In this document: piece by piece, positions 46,385-56,937 of the stretch
How the letters are laid out: each line of letters begins with the position of its first letter
Numbering within the stretch: position 1 is the first letter of the stretch
Position numbers and translations under genes: made by a program
Source of the DNA: an uncultured Planctomycetota bacterium
GTDB taxonomy: Bacteria > Planctomycetota > PLA2 > JAEUHO01
Direction of reading: 5' to 3'
Length of the DNA stretch: 64,000 nt
Assembly (NCBI GenBank): GCA_963752285.1
Contig: CAVVXN010000005.1
Location: 2,080,001 to 2,144,000, forward strand
Notes under the pieces: generated by a model
Database searches by the model: none
The model's input: only the letters and a program-made list of their open reading frames with translations
What the model was told of the DNA's origin: nothing

Positions 46385-48010
46385 ATGGCCGACCCGCGAA
46401 TCCTCGTCACGAGCGCGCTCCCGTACGCGAACGGGCCGATCCACATCGGACACCTCGTGGAGCACGTCCAGACCGACGTGTGGGCGCGATTCCAGCGTCT
46501 CCAGGGGAAGCGGTGCGTCGCGCTCTGCGCCGACGACACGCACGGAACGGCCACCATGATCCGCGCGCGGCGCGAGGGCCGTCCCGAGACCGAGCTGATC
46601 GAAGAGACGAACCTCGCCCACCAGCGCGACCTCGCGGCGTTCGACGTCGTCTACGACTGGTACTCGAGCACGAACTCCGAGACGAACCGGGCGCTCTGCC
46701 ACCGCGTCTGGCGCTCGCTCACGGACGCGGGCATGGTCGTCCGGCGCGACGTCGAGCAGCTCTTCGACCCGAAGGAGGGCATCTTCCTCGCGGACCGCTT
46801 CGTGAAGGGGACGTGCCCGCGCTGCAAGTCGCCCGACCAGAACGGCGACTCGTGCGAGGTCTGCGGATCGACGTACTCCGCCGCCGAGGTCATCGACCCC
46901 GTGAGCGTCTACTCGGGGGCGACGCCCGAGCGGCGGAGCCACGAGCACGTGTTCGTCCGGATCGAGGACCTCCACGACTTCCTCGCGGGCTGGGTGCGCG
47001 GGGACGACCACCTGCAGCCCGAGATCGCGAACTTCCTCGAGGCGAACTTCCTCGGCGAGCCGCTCCGCGACTGGGACGTCTCCCGTCCGGCTCCCTACTT
47101 CGGCTTCGAGATCCCGGACGCGCCGGGAAACTACTGGTACGTGTGGTACGACGCGCCACTCGGGTACGTGGCGACGACCAAGGACTGGTGTGCGCAGGCG
47201 GGCGAGCGCTTCGAGGACTGGTGGGGCCCCGAGACCGAGATCCGGCACTTCATCGGCAAGGACATCGTCTACTTCCACACCCTCTTCTGGCCGTCCATGC
47301 TCCGGACCGCGGACCTCGCGCTGCCGAATCGCGTGCAGGTCCACGGGTTCTTGACCGTCGGCGGCGGGAAGATGTCGAAGTCGAAGGGGGCGCTGGTCAC
47401 GGCCGAGGCGTTCGCCCGGGAGGTCGACCCGGCCGCGCTCCGCTACTTCTACGCGAGCAAGCTGACCTCCGGCGTGGACGACGTCGCGCTCGATCCCGAC
47501 GAGCTCGCGGCGAAGGTCAACAGCGACCTCGTGGGAAAGGTCGTGAACCTCGCGAGCCGCACGGCCCGCTTCGTCGCAACGACGGGCCTGTCGTCGGTCT
47601 GGCCGTCCGACGACGGCCTCTTCGCGCGCGCTGCGGACGAGGGGGACGCCGTGGCCGAGGCGTACGCGCGCTGCGACACGGCCCGCGCGATGCGCACCGT
47701 GATGGCGATGGCGGACCGCGCCAACGTGTACGTCGAGCAGAAGGAGCCCTGGCGCCTCAAGAAGGAGCCGGGCCGCGAGAAGGAGGTCCAGGACGTCTCC
47801 ACGGTCGCCCTGAACCTGTTCCGACAAATCGCCGTCTACCTCGCGCCCGTCCTCCCCCGTCTCGCGGAGCAGACGGGGCGCCTGCTCGGCCGCCCGATCG
47901 AGCGTTTCGCCGAGTCGAAGACCCCCCTCCTCGGATCACCGGTAGCCCGCTTCGAGCCGATGTTCCAACGCCTCGAGCCCAAAACGATCCGAGCGCTCCT
48001 CGCCCCCTGA
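46385..48010 (+). CDS. metG: Methionyl-tRNA synthetase, short form without the C-terminal tRNA-binding domain
   Basis: [46 protein letters not shown]. Confidence 0.97.
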   Translation: MADPRILVTSALPYANGPIHIGHLVEHVQTDVWARFQRLQGKRCVALCADDTHGTATMIRARREGRPETELIEETNLAHQRDLAAFDVVYDWYSSTNSETNRALCHRVWRSLTDAGMVVRRDVEQLFDPKEGIFLADRFVKGTCPRCKSPDQNGDSCEVCGSTYSAAEVIDPVSVYSGATPERRSHEHVFVRIEDLHDFLAGWVRGDDHLQPEIANFLEANFLGEPLRDWDVSRPAPYFGFEIPDAPGNYWYVWYDAPLGYVATTKDWCAQAGERFEDWWGPETEIRHFIGKDIVYFHTLFWPSMLRTADLALPNRVQVHGFLTVGGGKMSKSKGALVTAEAFAREVDPAALRYFYASKLTSGVDDVALDPDELAAKVNSDLVGKVVNLASRTARFVATTGLSSVWPSDDGLFARAADEGDAVAEAYARCDTARAMRTVMAMADRANVYVEQKEPWRLKKEPGREKEVQDVSTVALNLFRQIAVYLAPVLPRLAEQTGRLLGRPIERFAESKTPLLGSPVARFEPMFQRLEPKTIRALLAP

Positions 48011-48025
48011 CCCCGAGGCCCCCCC

Positions 48026-48337
48026 GCGACGCGGCCCCGCCAAAGGCGGGCCCGCGAGCCCCCCCCGCCGCGCCCCCTCCCCGCGATGCGGCCCCGCCAA
48101 AGGCGGGCCCGCGAGCCCCCCGCGACGCCGCCCCCCCGCCAGCGATGCGGCCCCGCCAAAGGCGGGCCCGCGAGCCCCCCGCACGCCGCCCCCCGCGATG
48201 CGGCCCCGCCCAAGGCGGGCCCGCGAGCCCGCACCCGCCGCGCCCCCCCGCGATGCGGCCCCGCCGAAGGCGGGCCCGCGAGCCCACCCGCCGCGCCCCC
48301 CGCGATGCGGCCCCGCCGAAGGCGGGCCCGCGAGCCC
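48026..48337. repeat. Six copies of a 36-nt palindromic REP-like unit with 16-23 nt C-rich linkers
   Basis: Core gcgaYgcggccccgccVaaggcgggcccgcgagccc at 48026, 48083, 48142, 48195, 48250 and 48302. Confidence 0.95.
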
Positions 48338-48356
48338 CCCCCGCGCCCGCACGCCA

Positions 48357-48458
48357 TCGGGTCGCTGAGGGGCCAAAGGAGTGGTCATGACGACGACGCC
48401 GCGTGCGAATGCACGCAAGGAGGAGGAAGGGCCGCGAACTGGCCCCTCAGCGACCCGA
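48357..48458. repeat. Perfect 19-bp inverted repeat with a 64-nt spacer
   Basis: tcgggtcgctgaggggcca (48357-48375) and tggcccctcagcgacccga (48440-48458). Confidence 0.9.
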
Positions 48459-49631
48459 GCCGTCGCGGTCTAGGAAACGGGTGATGAGAAGGCGCTGAAT
48501 CTCGCTAGTCCCCTCCCCAATCTCACAAAGCTTCGCGTCCCGGAAAATCCGCTCGACCGGCGTGTCGCGCGTGAAGCCCATCCCACCGAGCACCTGGATC
48601 GCGCCGTGGGCCGCACGCATCGCGGCCTCGCTCGCGAAGAGCTTCGCGTAGGACGCGTTCCGCGCATACGGGAGCCCGTGGTCCTTGCGCCAGGCGGCCT
48701 CGTACACGAGGTTCCGCGCGGCCTGGATCTCGACCGCCATGTCGGCCAGTCGGTGACCGACCTGCTGCATGTCGATCAGGCGTTCGCCGAACTGCCGGCG
48801 CTCCCGCGCGTACGGGAGGGCCACGTCGAGCGCGCCCTGCGCGAGGCCGAGCGCCATGGCGCCGATCGAGATGCGCCCCCCCTCGAGCGTCTTCATGAAC
48901 GCGACGAAGCCCTCGCCGGGGTCGCCGAGCCGGTTCTCCTTGGGGATCTCGCAGTCCTGGAAGAAGAGCTCGCGCGTGTCGGAGCCGCGGAGGCCGAGCT
49001 TGTCCTCGAGCTTGCCATACACGAGCCCGGGCGTGCCCTTCTCGACCACGAACGCGCTGATCTGGTCGGTGTCGCCGACCTCGCCTCCGGTGCGCGCCGT
49101 GAACGTGATGACGCCCGCGTGCGTGCCGTTCGTGCAGTAGAGCTTCGAGCCGTTGACCACCCAGTGGTCGCCCGCGTCCCGCGCGGTGGTCCGGGTCGCC
49201 TTCGCGTCGGAGCCCGCCTCGGGCTCGGTCAGGCCGAAGGCGGCGAGCATCTCGCCCGAGGCGAGGCGCGGCACCCACCTTTGCCGCTGCGCCTCGGTCC
49301 CGAAGTGGAAGATCGGACCCGTGCCGAGCGACGTGTGCGCCGCGACGGTGATGCCGGTCGTGCCGCAGACGCGCGAGAGCTCCTCGACCACGATCGAGTA
49401 CGCGACGTAGTCGAGGCCGGCTCCCCCCACGTCCTCGGGGAACGGGACCCCGAGCAGCCCGAGCTCGGCGAGCTTCGGGATCGTCTCGTGCGGAAACCGC
49501 TTCTCCTCGTCGAGCGTGGCGGCGAGGGGCGCGACCTCGGCCAGGGCGAAGTCCCGCACCATCCGGCGGACCTCGACGTGCTCTTCGGTGAGGAAGGGGC
49601 TCGGCGTGCTGGCCACGTCGGCGATCGTCAT
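48447..49631 (-). CDS. Acyl-CoA dehydrogenase
   Basis: [53 protein letters not shown]. Confidence 0.95.
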   Translation of the reverse strand: MTIADVASTPSPFLTEEHVEVRRMVRDFALAEVAPLAATLDEEKRFPHETIPKLAELGLLGVPFPEDVGGAGLDYVAYSIVVEELSRVCGTTGITVAAHTSLGTGPIFHFGTEAQRQRWVPRLASGEMLAAFGLTEPEAGSDAKATRTTARDAGDHWVVNGSKLYCTNGTHAGVITFTARTGGEVGDTDQISAFVVEKGTPGLVYGKLEDKLGLRGSDTRELFFQDCEIPKENRLGDPGEGFVAFMKTLEGGRISIGAMALGLAQGALDVALPYARERRQFGERLIDMQQVGHRLADMAVEIQAARNLVYEAAWRKDHGLPYARNASYAKLFASEAAMRAAHGAIQVLGGMGFTRDTPVERIFRDAKLCEIGEGTSEIQRLLITRFLDRDGSGR

Positions 49632-50077
49632 CCGACCGGTCTCCTTCCGGGGTCGTCCCCGCCACGGCGTCTCTGGACCACGGCCTCGCGGATCCAGCGG
49701 GCGACCTCGGCCAGGGGCGTCCCGGGACCGAAGAGTCGTCCGACGCCGTGCTCCCGGAGCGCCTGGGCGTCGGCCTCGGGGATGATACCGCCCCCCGTCA
49801 GGAGGATCGCCTCCGCGCCCTGCTGCACCAGGAGGTCGTGGACGCGCGGGAAGATCGTCATGTGGGCCCCGGAGTGGACCGAGAGGCCGATCACGTCCAC
49901 GTCCTCCTGGAGGGCCGCCTCGACGATCATCTCGGGCGTCTGCCGCAGGCCCGTGTAGATCACCTCGAAGCCCGCGTCGCGAAGCCCCGCCGCGACGACC
50001 TTCGCGCCGCGGTCGTGCCCGTCGAGCCCCGCCTTCGCCACGAGGACGCGGATGGGTCGCTCGTCGCCCGCGCTCAT
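49628..50077 (-). CDS. Cobalamin-binding small subunit of an acyl-CoA mutase (methylmalonyl/isobutyryl-CoA mutase type)
   Basis: [10 protein letters not shown] (DxHxxG), [27 protein letters not shown]. Confidence 0.92.
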   Translation of the reverse strand: MSAGDERPIRVLVAKAGLDGHDRGAKVVAAGLRDAGFEVIYTGLRQTPEMIVEAALQEDVDVIGLSVHSGAHMTIFPRVHDLLVQQGAEAILLTGGGIIPEADAQALREHGVGRLFGPGTPLAEVARWIREAVVQRRRGGDDPGRRPVG

Positions 50078-51021
50078 CGTCCCTCCTCCTCGAGCAGCGA
50101 CCGCGCGGCGCCGCGCGGCGTCACGTCCCCCGAGAGGACGCGCTCGGCCCACCGGTCGAGGGCCACGTCGCCGTGCCCCCAGAACCGCTCGGCCCGCGCG
50201 CGGTCCACGGCCGCACGGATCCGGTGACGCGCCCGCGAGAGACGGCGGGGCCGAAGGTCGGCCGCCTCGGCGCCGAGCACGCGACGGTCGATCGCCTCCA
50301 AGAGCGCCGCGACGCCCTCGCCCGTGGTCGCGACGGTTAGGAGCACCGGCGGCGGCTCCCGGTCCGCGAGGCCGAGGCCCGAGCGAAGCGTGTTCACCAT
50401 GCGCTCCGCGCCCTCGCGGTCGGCCTGGTTCACGACGATCAGGTCCGCGGCCTCGAGGAGGCCGGCCTTCATGGCCTGGACCTCGTCGCCGCCACCGGGC
50501 GCGAGCACGAGCACCGTCGTGTCGGCCGCGCGCGCGATCTCGACCTCGGCCTGGCCGACGCCGACCGTCTCGATCAGGACGGGGTCGAAGCCCGCGGCCT
50601 CGAGGACGTCCGCGAGGTCCTCGGTCGCGGCGCTGAGCCCGCCGAACGCGCCGCGGGTCGCGAGGGAGCGCACGAAGACGTCGGGGTCGCCGGCGAGGTC
50701 GCCGAGGCGCACGCGGTCGCCGAGGAGCGCACCGCCCCGAAAGGGGCTCGTCGGGTCCACGGCGAGGACGCCGACCCGCCGGCCGAGCCCGCGCCACGAG
50801 ACGGCGAGGCGTCCGAGGAGCGTGGACTTCCCCACACCCGGCGGCCCGGTCACCCCCACGCGGTGCGCGGGCGCCCGCCCGACGCGGAGGGCGTCGAGGA
50901 GCGCCGCGCCTTCGTCCGCGTCGTTCTCGACGACGGTCAGCGCGCGGGCGAGCGCGCGGAGGTCCCGCGCGAGCACGGCCCGGGCGAGGCTCTCGGGCGT
51001 CGTCTCGCCGCGGCCGCCCAT
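50074..51021 (-). CDS. meaB: Mutase-associated GTPase chaperone MeaB/ArgK
   Basis: [44 protein letters not shown] (variant of NKxD). Confidence 0.92.
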   Translation of the reverse strand: MGGRGETTPESLARAVLARDLRALARALTVVENDADEGAALLDALRVGRAPAHRVGVTGPPGVGKSTLLGRLAVSWRGLGRRVGVLAVDPTSPFRGGALLGDRVRLGDLAGDPDVFVRSLATRGAFGGLSAATEDLADVLEAAGFDPVLIETVGVGQAEVEIARAADTTVLVLAPGGGDEVQAMKAGLLEAADLIVVNQADREGAERMVNTLRSGLGLADREPPPVLLTVATTGEGVAALLEAIDRRVLGAEAADLRPRRLSRARHRIRAAVDRARAERFWGHGDVALDRWAERVLSGDVTPRGAARSLLEEEGR

Positions 51022-52169
51022 CAGTCCCGGAGGTACGAGCGCGCGATCACGAGGCGCTGGATCTCGGTCGTGCCCTCGTAGATCTCGGTGACCCGCGCGT
51101 CGCGAAAGTAGCGCTCGACGGGCCACTCTCGCGTGTAGCCCGCGCCCCCGAAGATCTGAACCGCCTCCTTCGCGCAGAAGTTCGCGGTGGTCGAGGCGGC
51201 GAGCTTGGCCATGGCCGCCTCGCGGGCGTGCTTCTGTCCCTGGTCCTTCATCCACGCGGCGCGGTACGTCAAGAGGCGGGCGGCCTCGAGGCGCGTCGCC
51301 ATCTCCGCGATCTTCATCTGGATCGCGCCGAAGCTCCCGATCGGCTCGCCGAACTGCTGGCGCTCCTTCGCGTACCGGATCGACGCGTCGAGGCAGGCGT
51401 CGGCGATGCCGACGGCCTGGGACGCGATCCCGATCCGGCCCCCGTCGAGGAGCGAGAGGGCGATCCGGAAGCCGCGGTCCAGCTCGCCGAGGACGTTCTC
51501 GGCCGGGACCCGGAGGCCGTCCAGGTGGATCTCGACGGTGTTGGAGCCGCGGATGCCGAGCTTCTTCTCCTTCTTGCCCGGCCGGTAGCCCTCCCAGGTG
51601 GTCTCGACGAGGAAGGCCGTCACCCCGTCGTTCCCCCCGTCCGGGTCGGTCCGCGCGAAGACCACGGTCAGGTTCGCGACGTCGCCGTGCGAGATCCAGA
51701 GCTTCGCCCCGTCGAGGACGTAGCCCCCGTTCCCGTCGGGCGTCGCGCGGCAGCGGAGGGAGCCCGCGTCGGAGCCCGAGCCCGCCTCCGAGAGCGCGTA
51801 CGCCCCGAGCCACTCGCCGTTCGCGAGGCGCGGGAGGTAGCGCTGTTTCTGCTCCTCGGTCCCGAAGCGGACCACGCTCTCGCACGCGAGGCTGTTGTGG
51901 ACGGACACGGTGACGCCCGTGCTCGCGCAGGCGCGGTTCAGCTCCACGAGGACGATCGACGACGCGAGCGCGCCGAGCTCGGTCCCGCCGTACGCCTCCG
52001 GCACCGACATCCCGAGGAAGCCCTGCTCCGCGCAGAGACGCACCGACTCGGCGACGTGCGTCTCCTCCGCGTCCGCCTTCGCGGCGCGGGGGGCCAGCTC
52101 CTCCGTCGCGAACGCGCGCGCCGCGTCCCGGAGGAGGACCAGGTCCTCGGAGAGGTCGAACTCCATCAT
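51021..52169 (-). CDS. Acyl-CoA dehydrogenase (butyryl-CoA type)
   Basis: [47 protein letters not shown]. Confidence 0.95.
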   Translation of the reverse strand: MMEFDLSEDLVLLRDAARAFATEELAPRAAKADAEETHVAESVRLCAEQGFLGMSVPEAYGGTELGALASSIVLVELNRACASTGVTVSVHNSLACESVVRFGTEEQKQRYLPRLANGEWLGAYALSEAGSGSDAGSLRCRATPDGNGGYVLDGAKLWISHGDVANLTVVFARTDPDGGNDGVTAFLVETTWEGYRPGKKEKKLGIRGSNTVEIHLDGLRVPAENVLGELDRGFRIALSLLDGGRIGIASQAVGIADACLDASIRYAKERQQFGEPIGSFGAIQMKIAEMATRLEAARLLTYRAAWMKDQGQKHAREAAMAKLAASTTANFCAKEAVQIFGGAGYTREWPVERYFRDARVTEIYEGTTEIQRLVIARSYLRD

Positions 52170-52280
52170 GGTCTCCGGCGGGGCGGGTCGGGCCCCGGTG
52201 GCCAAAGGGTACGGGGCCCCACGACCGGGCCCCACCGCGGGTCGGGGCCCTCCCCGCGGGAGCGTGGTAGGGGGAGGCGC

Positions 52281-53093
52281 ATGTCGGAGGCGAATCTCGT
52301 CGCCCGCTGCTCCGCCTGTGGCCGGGAGGCGCCGCGCGAGGAGATGTTCGGGCTGGAGCCCGACCTCCTCTGCGACCGATGCGCCCAGCGGGTACGGGAG
52401 CGGCTCCGTCCGAGCGCCCCCGGCCGCCTCGCGAACGTCTTCGCGGGGGGGCCGACGCCCGTCACGGCGATCCTCCTCGGGGCGGCGATCGCCCTCTTCG
52501 CCATCCAGAACCTCGAGAACCCCGTCCCCCGCTGGCTCGGGCTGCTCCTCCCCTACGGGCGCACGGGCGACATCGCGACGGGCCAGGCGTGGCGGCTCGT
52601 CAGCTCGGCGCTGCTCCACGGGGGCTTCCTCCACATCCTCTTCGACGGCATGTGGTTCTGGGCCCTCGGCCGGGCCGTCGAGGGGACGCGCGGCTCCGGG
52701 GCGTTCCTCTGGATCTTCGTCGCGAGCGCCACCTTCTCGTCCGCTGCGCAGTGGTACGCCCTCCCCGGCGGCGGGATCGGTCTCTCGGGCGTCCTCTACG
52801 CGCTCGCGGGCTACCTCTGGATGCGCCGGCGGGTGGACGCGGTGGCGGCGAGCGCCATGAACCCGTCCACCGCGCGGATGCTCGGCGCGTGGCTCGTGAT
52901 CTGCTTCGTGCTCCCGATGAACATCGGGAACTGGGCGCACACCGGCGGCCTCGCCTGGGGGCTCGGCGCCGGCTGGCTCTCCCACCAGCGCCCGGCGGTC
53001 CGCTGGCCGGGAACCGCGGTCCTCGCCCTCGCGACGCTGGCGGCGGCCTACTGGGTCTCGACCGGTCACTCCGTCCGGGGCATGGTCGCCTGA
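52281..53093 (+). CDS. Rhomboid intramembrane serine protease with N-terminal Zn ribbon
   Basis: CSAC...CDRC, WRLVS..LLH...HILFD, GLSG (catalytic Ser), AHTGG (catalytic His). GGAGG RBS. Confidence 0.88.
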   Translation: MSEANLVARCSACGREAPREEMFGLEPDLLCDRCAQRVRERLRPSAPGRLANVFAGGPTPVTAILLGAAIALFAIQNLENPVPRWLGLLLPYGRTGDIATGQAWRLVSSALLHGGFLHILFDGMWFWALGRAVEGTRGSGAFLWIFVASATFSSAAQWYALPGGGIGLSGVLYALAGYLWMRRRVDAVAASAMNPSTARMLGAWLVICFVLPMNIGNWAHTGGLAWGLGAGWLSHQRPAVRWPGTAVLALATLAAAYWVSTGHSVRGMVA

Positions 53094-53117
53094 GCCCCGC
53101 CGGGCCGGCGGGCGGCC

Positions 53118-54017
53118 TCAGGCCTTCGCATACTCGTAGAAGCCCCGGCCGCTCTTCCGGCCGAGACGGCCCGCGTGGACCATCTTCTTGAGCAACGGGG
53201 ACGGCCGGTACTTCGCGTCGCCGAGTTCCCGGTGGAGCACCTCCATGATCGCGAGGCACACGTCGAGCCCGATCAGGTCGGCCAGCGCGAGGGGCCCCAT
53301 CGGGTGGTTCATGCCGAGCTTCATGATCTCGTCGATGTTCTCGGGCTCGGCCACGCCCTCCATCACGCAGGTCACGGCCTCGTTGATCATGGGCATCAGG
53401 ATGCGGTTGCTGACGAAGCCGGGGTAGTCGTTCGCGACGACCGGCGTCTTGCCGAGCGCCAGGGTCGCGGCGCGGACCCGCTCGTACGTCTCGTCGCTCG
53501 TCTGGAGGCCGCGCACGATCTCGACCAGGCGCATGAGGGGCACCGGGTTCATGAAGTGCATGCCGATGAACCGGTCCGGCCGCGCGGTCGCCGCGGCGAG
53601 CTCGGTGATCCAGATGCTCGAGGTGTTCGTGGCCAGGATCGACGTCTCGGAGAGGACCCGGTCGAGCGCCGCGAGGGCCGCCTTCTTGGCGTCCGCGTTC
53701 TCGTAGATCGCCTCGACGACGAGGTCGCAGCCGGAGAAGTCGTCCCAACCCGGGGCCCGCGCGATCCGCCCGTACGCCGCCTCCGCGTCGGCCGGGGCGA
53801 TCTTCTGCTTCTCCACGAGCTTCCCGAGGCTCTTCTGGACGCCCTTCAGGCCCCGGACGAGCGCGGCGGGGTCGGCGTCGTGGATCACGACGGGCGTCCC
53901 CGCCTGCGCGAAGACCTGCGCGATCCCCGAGCCCATCGTCCCCGCACCGACCACGCCGACCCGCTTGAAGTCCATCGTCCGGCTCCTCGTCGCCTCCGCC
54001 GCCTGGGCCCCGCTCAT
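53118..54017 (-). CDS. hbd: 3-hydroxybutyryl-CoA dehydrogenase
   Basis: [44 protein letters not shown]. Confidence 0.95.
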   Translation of the reverse strand: MSGAQAAEATRSRTMDFKRVGVVGAGTMGSGIAQVFAQAGTPVVIHDADPAALVRGLKGVQKSLGKLVEKQKIAPADAEAAYGRIARAPGWDDFSGCDLVVEAIYENADAKKAALAALDRVLSETSILATNTSSIWITELAAATARPDRFIGMHFMNPVPLMRLVEIVRGLQTSDETYERVRAATLALGKTPVVANDYPGFVSNRILMPMINEAVTCVMEGVAEPENIDEIMKLGMNHPMGPLALADLIGLDVCLAIMEVLHRELGDAKYRPSPLLKKMVHAGRLGRKSGRGFYEYAKA

Positions 54018-54031
54018 CGTGTCCCCCTCCC

Positions 54032-55210
54032 TCACCGCTCGACCGCGAGGGCGACCGCGTTCCCGCCGCCGAGGCAGAGGGAGGCGAAGCCCCTGTGCGC
54101 GTCCTGGTGCTTCATGGCGTAGAGCAGGGTCGTCAGGATGCGCGCGCCGCTCGCCCCGATCGGGTGGCCGAGCGCGACCGCCCCGCCGTTGACGTTGGTC
54201 CGCTCGGGACGGAGGCCGACCTCCTTGGTGACGCCGCAGGCCGCCGAGGCGAAGGCCTCGTTCAGCTCGACGAGGTCGAAGTCCCCGACCTTCAGGCCCG
54301 TCTTCTCGACGAGCTTCTGGATCGCGATGACCGGAGCGTACATGACCCACTTCGGCTCGGTGCCGCCGGTCGTGTAGGCGGTGATCCTGGCGAGGGGCTC
54401 GAGGCCGCGGCGCTTCGCCTCGTCGGCGCTCATGATCACGAGGGCGGACGCGCCGTCGCTGATCTGCGAGGCGTTGCCCGGCGTGACGGTGCCGTCCTTC
54501 TTGAACGCGGGGCGGAGCTTCCCGAGGGCGGCGGCCGTGACGTCGGCGCGGATCCCCTCGTCCTCCTTCACGATCGTGACGTTGCCCTTCCGGTCCTTCA
54601 CCTCGACGGGGACGATCTCGTCCTGGAAGCGCCCCTCCCTCGTGGCCTCGGCGGCCCGGCGGTGGCTCTCTGCGGAGAACGCGTCCATGTCCTCGCGCGT
54701 CACGTGGCAGCGCTCGGCGATCAGCTCGCCGGTGATGCCCATGTGGAAGTCGTTGTAGATGTCCCAGAGCCCGTCGTGGACCATCGAGTCCACGAGCTTT
54801 CCGTCGCCGAGTCGGAGCCCGTCGCGGACGCCGCGCGCGAGGTAGGGCGCGTTCGTCATGCTCTCCTGGCCGCCGGCCACGATCACCTTCGCCTCGCCCA
54901 GCCGGATCTCGTTGGCCGCGAGCATCACGGACTTCAAGCCCGAGCCGCAGACCTTGTTGACGGTGAAGGCGCCGACCGAGTCCGGGATCCCGGCGCCGAG
55001 CTGGGCCTGGCGGGCGGGGTTCTGTCCGAGCCCGGCCTGGAGCACGGTGCCCATGATGACCTCGTCCACGTCCTTCGGATCGACCTTCGCGCGCCGGAGC
55101 GCCTCCCGGATCGCGAGGCTTCCGAGCTGGGGCGACGTGAACGAGGCGAGCCCGCCCTGGAAGCGCCCGATCGGCGTGCGGCAGGCGGAGACGATGACGG
55201 CGTCCGGCAT
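54032..55210 (-). CDS. Acetyl-CoA C-acyltransferase (thiolase)
   Basis: [24 protein letters not shown]. Confidence 0.96.
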   Translation of the reverse strand: MPDAVIVSACRTPIGRFQGGLASFTSPQLGSLAIREALRRAKVDPKDVDEVIMGTVLQAGLGQNPARQAQLGAGIPDSVGAFTVNKVCGSGLKSVMLAANEIRLGEAKVIVAGGQESMTNAPYLARGVRDGLRLGDGKLVDSMVHDGLWDIYNDFHMGITGELIAERCHVTREDMDAFSAESHRRAAEATREGRFQDEIVPVEVKDRKGNVTIVKEDEGIRADVTAAALGKLRPAFKKDGTVTPGNASQISDGASALVIMSADEAKRRGLEPLARITAYTTGGTEPKWVMYAPVIAIQKLVEKTGLKVGDFDLVELNEAFASAACGVTKEVGLRPERTNVNGGAVALGHPIGASGARILTTLLYAMKHQDAHRGFASLCLGGGNAVALAVER

Positions 55211-55391
55211 GGGTCCACTCCGGGTACGGGAAGGAGACGAGCACGGCGGCGTTCGAGGGGAACGCGAGCCCGACGACCCGCGATTCTACGGATCGCGGGC
55301 GATCGCCCGAACCCCTGCGCGAGCGTCCGGTCCCGTCCGGTGGGCGCCCGCGCGGTCCACGGTGCCGACCGGTCCGGGCCGCCGGGGACGA

Positions 55392-55946
55392 CTACTCGAA
55401 GCGCGTGTGGATGCGCGCCAGGTCGCGCTCGGTGAGGTCGAGCGCGTCCATCAGGTCCACGACCACCTGGTCGAGCACCAGCAGCAGGGCCTGCTCGTAC
55501 AGGGAGCCGAGCGGGAGGTACGGCTCCGCGCGGCGCTTGCGGGCCTCGACGACCGCGCGGTCGTCGATGCCGAGCACGACGTCGGCGGCGCGGGCGGCGC
55601 GGCTCTGCCGGTTGGCCGTGACGATGACGACCCGCGCGTGCGCCGCGCGGGCGATCTCGATGTAGAACGAGAGGATCGGCGACGCGCCCGTCCGGGACCC
55701 GATCACGAGGACGTCGCCCTGGCGAATCGCGGGCGTGATGACGTCACCGACGTGGTAGACGCGGCGGCCGAGGTGCATCAGGCGCATCGCGAAGCCGCGC
55801 ATCATGAGACCGGTGCGGCCGAGGCCGGTCACGAAGGCGCGATTCGACTCGAGGATCTCCTTCTCGAAGGACGCGATCTCGCGCGCCTTGACGCCTCCGA
55901 GCACGCGGACGAGGTCCTGGGCCGCCTCTTCGAGCCGTCGCATCAT
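55392..55946 (-). CDS. SIS-domain sugar-phosphate isomerase (6-phospho-3-hexuloisomerase-like)
   Basis: GLGRTGL, FAMRLMHLG, VGDVITPAI, PLGSLYEQ, C-terminal H..FE. Confidence 0.85.
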   Translation of the reverse strand: MMRRLEEAAQDLVRVLGGVKAREIASFEKEILESNRAFVTGLGRTGLMMRGFAMRLMHLGRRVYHVGDVITPAIRQGDVLVIGSRTGASPILSFYIEIARAAHARVVIVTANRQSRAARAADVVLGIDDRAVVEARKRRAEPYLPLGSLYEQALLLVLDQVVVDLMDALDLTERDLARIHTRFE

Positions 55947-55964
55947 GGAGCGCCTCCCGCCTCG

Positions 55965-56813
55965 TCAGTCTTCGAAGACCAGGGTGTCGAGCGGGAAGAG
56001 ACAACCGTCCGTGCAGCAGAGGCGGTACTGGACGCTCCCGTCGGGCTGGCGCTGCTTCAGGTTGCAGCCGAAGCACACGCCGAAGCCGCAGCCCATGTAC
56101 TCCTCGGTGGCCGCCTCGCACGCGATGTGGCGGGGACCCAGGCGGTCCTGCAGCGCGCGGAACATGGATACCGGCCCGCAGGCGAACACGTAGTCGCCGG
56201 GGGTCAGCCGGCCGCGCTCGATCAGCTCGTCCACGAGGTCGGTCACGAGGCCCTTCCGCCCGACGGAACCGTCATCGGTGGTCACGAGGACCCGGCAGCC
56301 GTGGGGCGCGGCCTCGTCGGTCGGGACGCAGTGGTCGGCGTCCCGGGCGCCGTAGCAGACGGTGACGTCGCGCATCCCCTCCTCGTGGAGGTGCTCCGCC
56401 ACGATCTTGACGGGCCCGACGCCGACGCCCCCCGCCACGAGGACCGCGCGGCGCGCCGCGTCGGGGACGTGGATGGAGTTCCCGAGGGGCCCCACGAAGT
56501 CGATCTTCTGGCGGGCCCGCATCTGGCTGAGCTGGAGGGTGCCCGGGCCGATCACGTCGTAGAGGACGCAGAAGCCCGTCGCGGCGCCGGCGTGGCGGAT
56601 CACCCGGTGGACCGACATCGGGCGCCGGAGCAGCGGCACGATCGAGTCCGAGGTCCTGAGGTTCACGAAGTGGCCCGGCCGGATCGCGGGCGCGACCTCG
56701 GGGGCGTGGACCTTCATGATCCAGGTCGCGGGGGCGATCCGGCGGTTCTCGAGGATCTCCGCGACGAGCTGGCGGGCGTGGCCCGGTGCCTTTGTCGTGG
56801 CCGGAGGCGCCAT
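55965..56813 (-). CDS. pyrK: Dihydroorotate dehydrogenase electron-transfer subunit
   Basis: LLRRPMS, GPLGN, AGGVGVGP, TDDGS, CGP, MGCGFGVCFGC...C..DG..F. Confidence 0.88.
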   Translation of the reverse strand: MAPPATTKAPGHARQLVAEILENRRIAPATWIMKVHAPEVAPAIRPGHFVNLRTSDSIVPLLRRPMSVHRVIRHAGAATGFCVLYDVIGPGTLQLSQMRARQKIDFVGPLGNSIHVPDAARRAVLVAGGVGVGPVKIVAEHLHEEGMRDVTVCYGARDADHCVPTDEAAPHGCRVLVTTDDGSVGRKGLVTDLVDELIERGRLTPGDYVFACGPVSMFRALQDRLGPRHIACEAATEEYMGCGFGVCFGCNLKQRQPDGSVQYRLCCTDGCLFPLDTLVFED

Positions 56814-56937
56814 GGGGCCAGACGATACCCCGGGCGGGCCCCGCTCGGGGGATTCGCCCACGCGCCGCGCGGTCCACGCAGGGGTCGGGCACTGTCCGTT
56901 CTGGCCGGACCTCGGGTCCGCGCCTTCAATGCCCGGC

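Noticed and set aside
46385..48010. metG truncated by the repeat array
   Set aside because: The catalytic and anticodon-binding domains are complete, and short MetRS forms without the C-terminal domain are common.
48026..48337. CRISPR array
   Set aside because: Linkers are only 16-23 nt, low-complexity and similar to each other. There is no AT-rich leader and no cas gene in the window.
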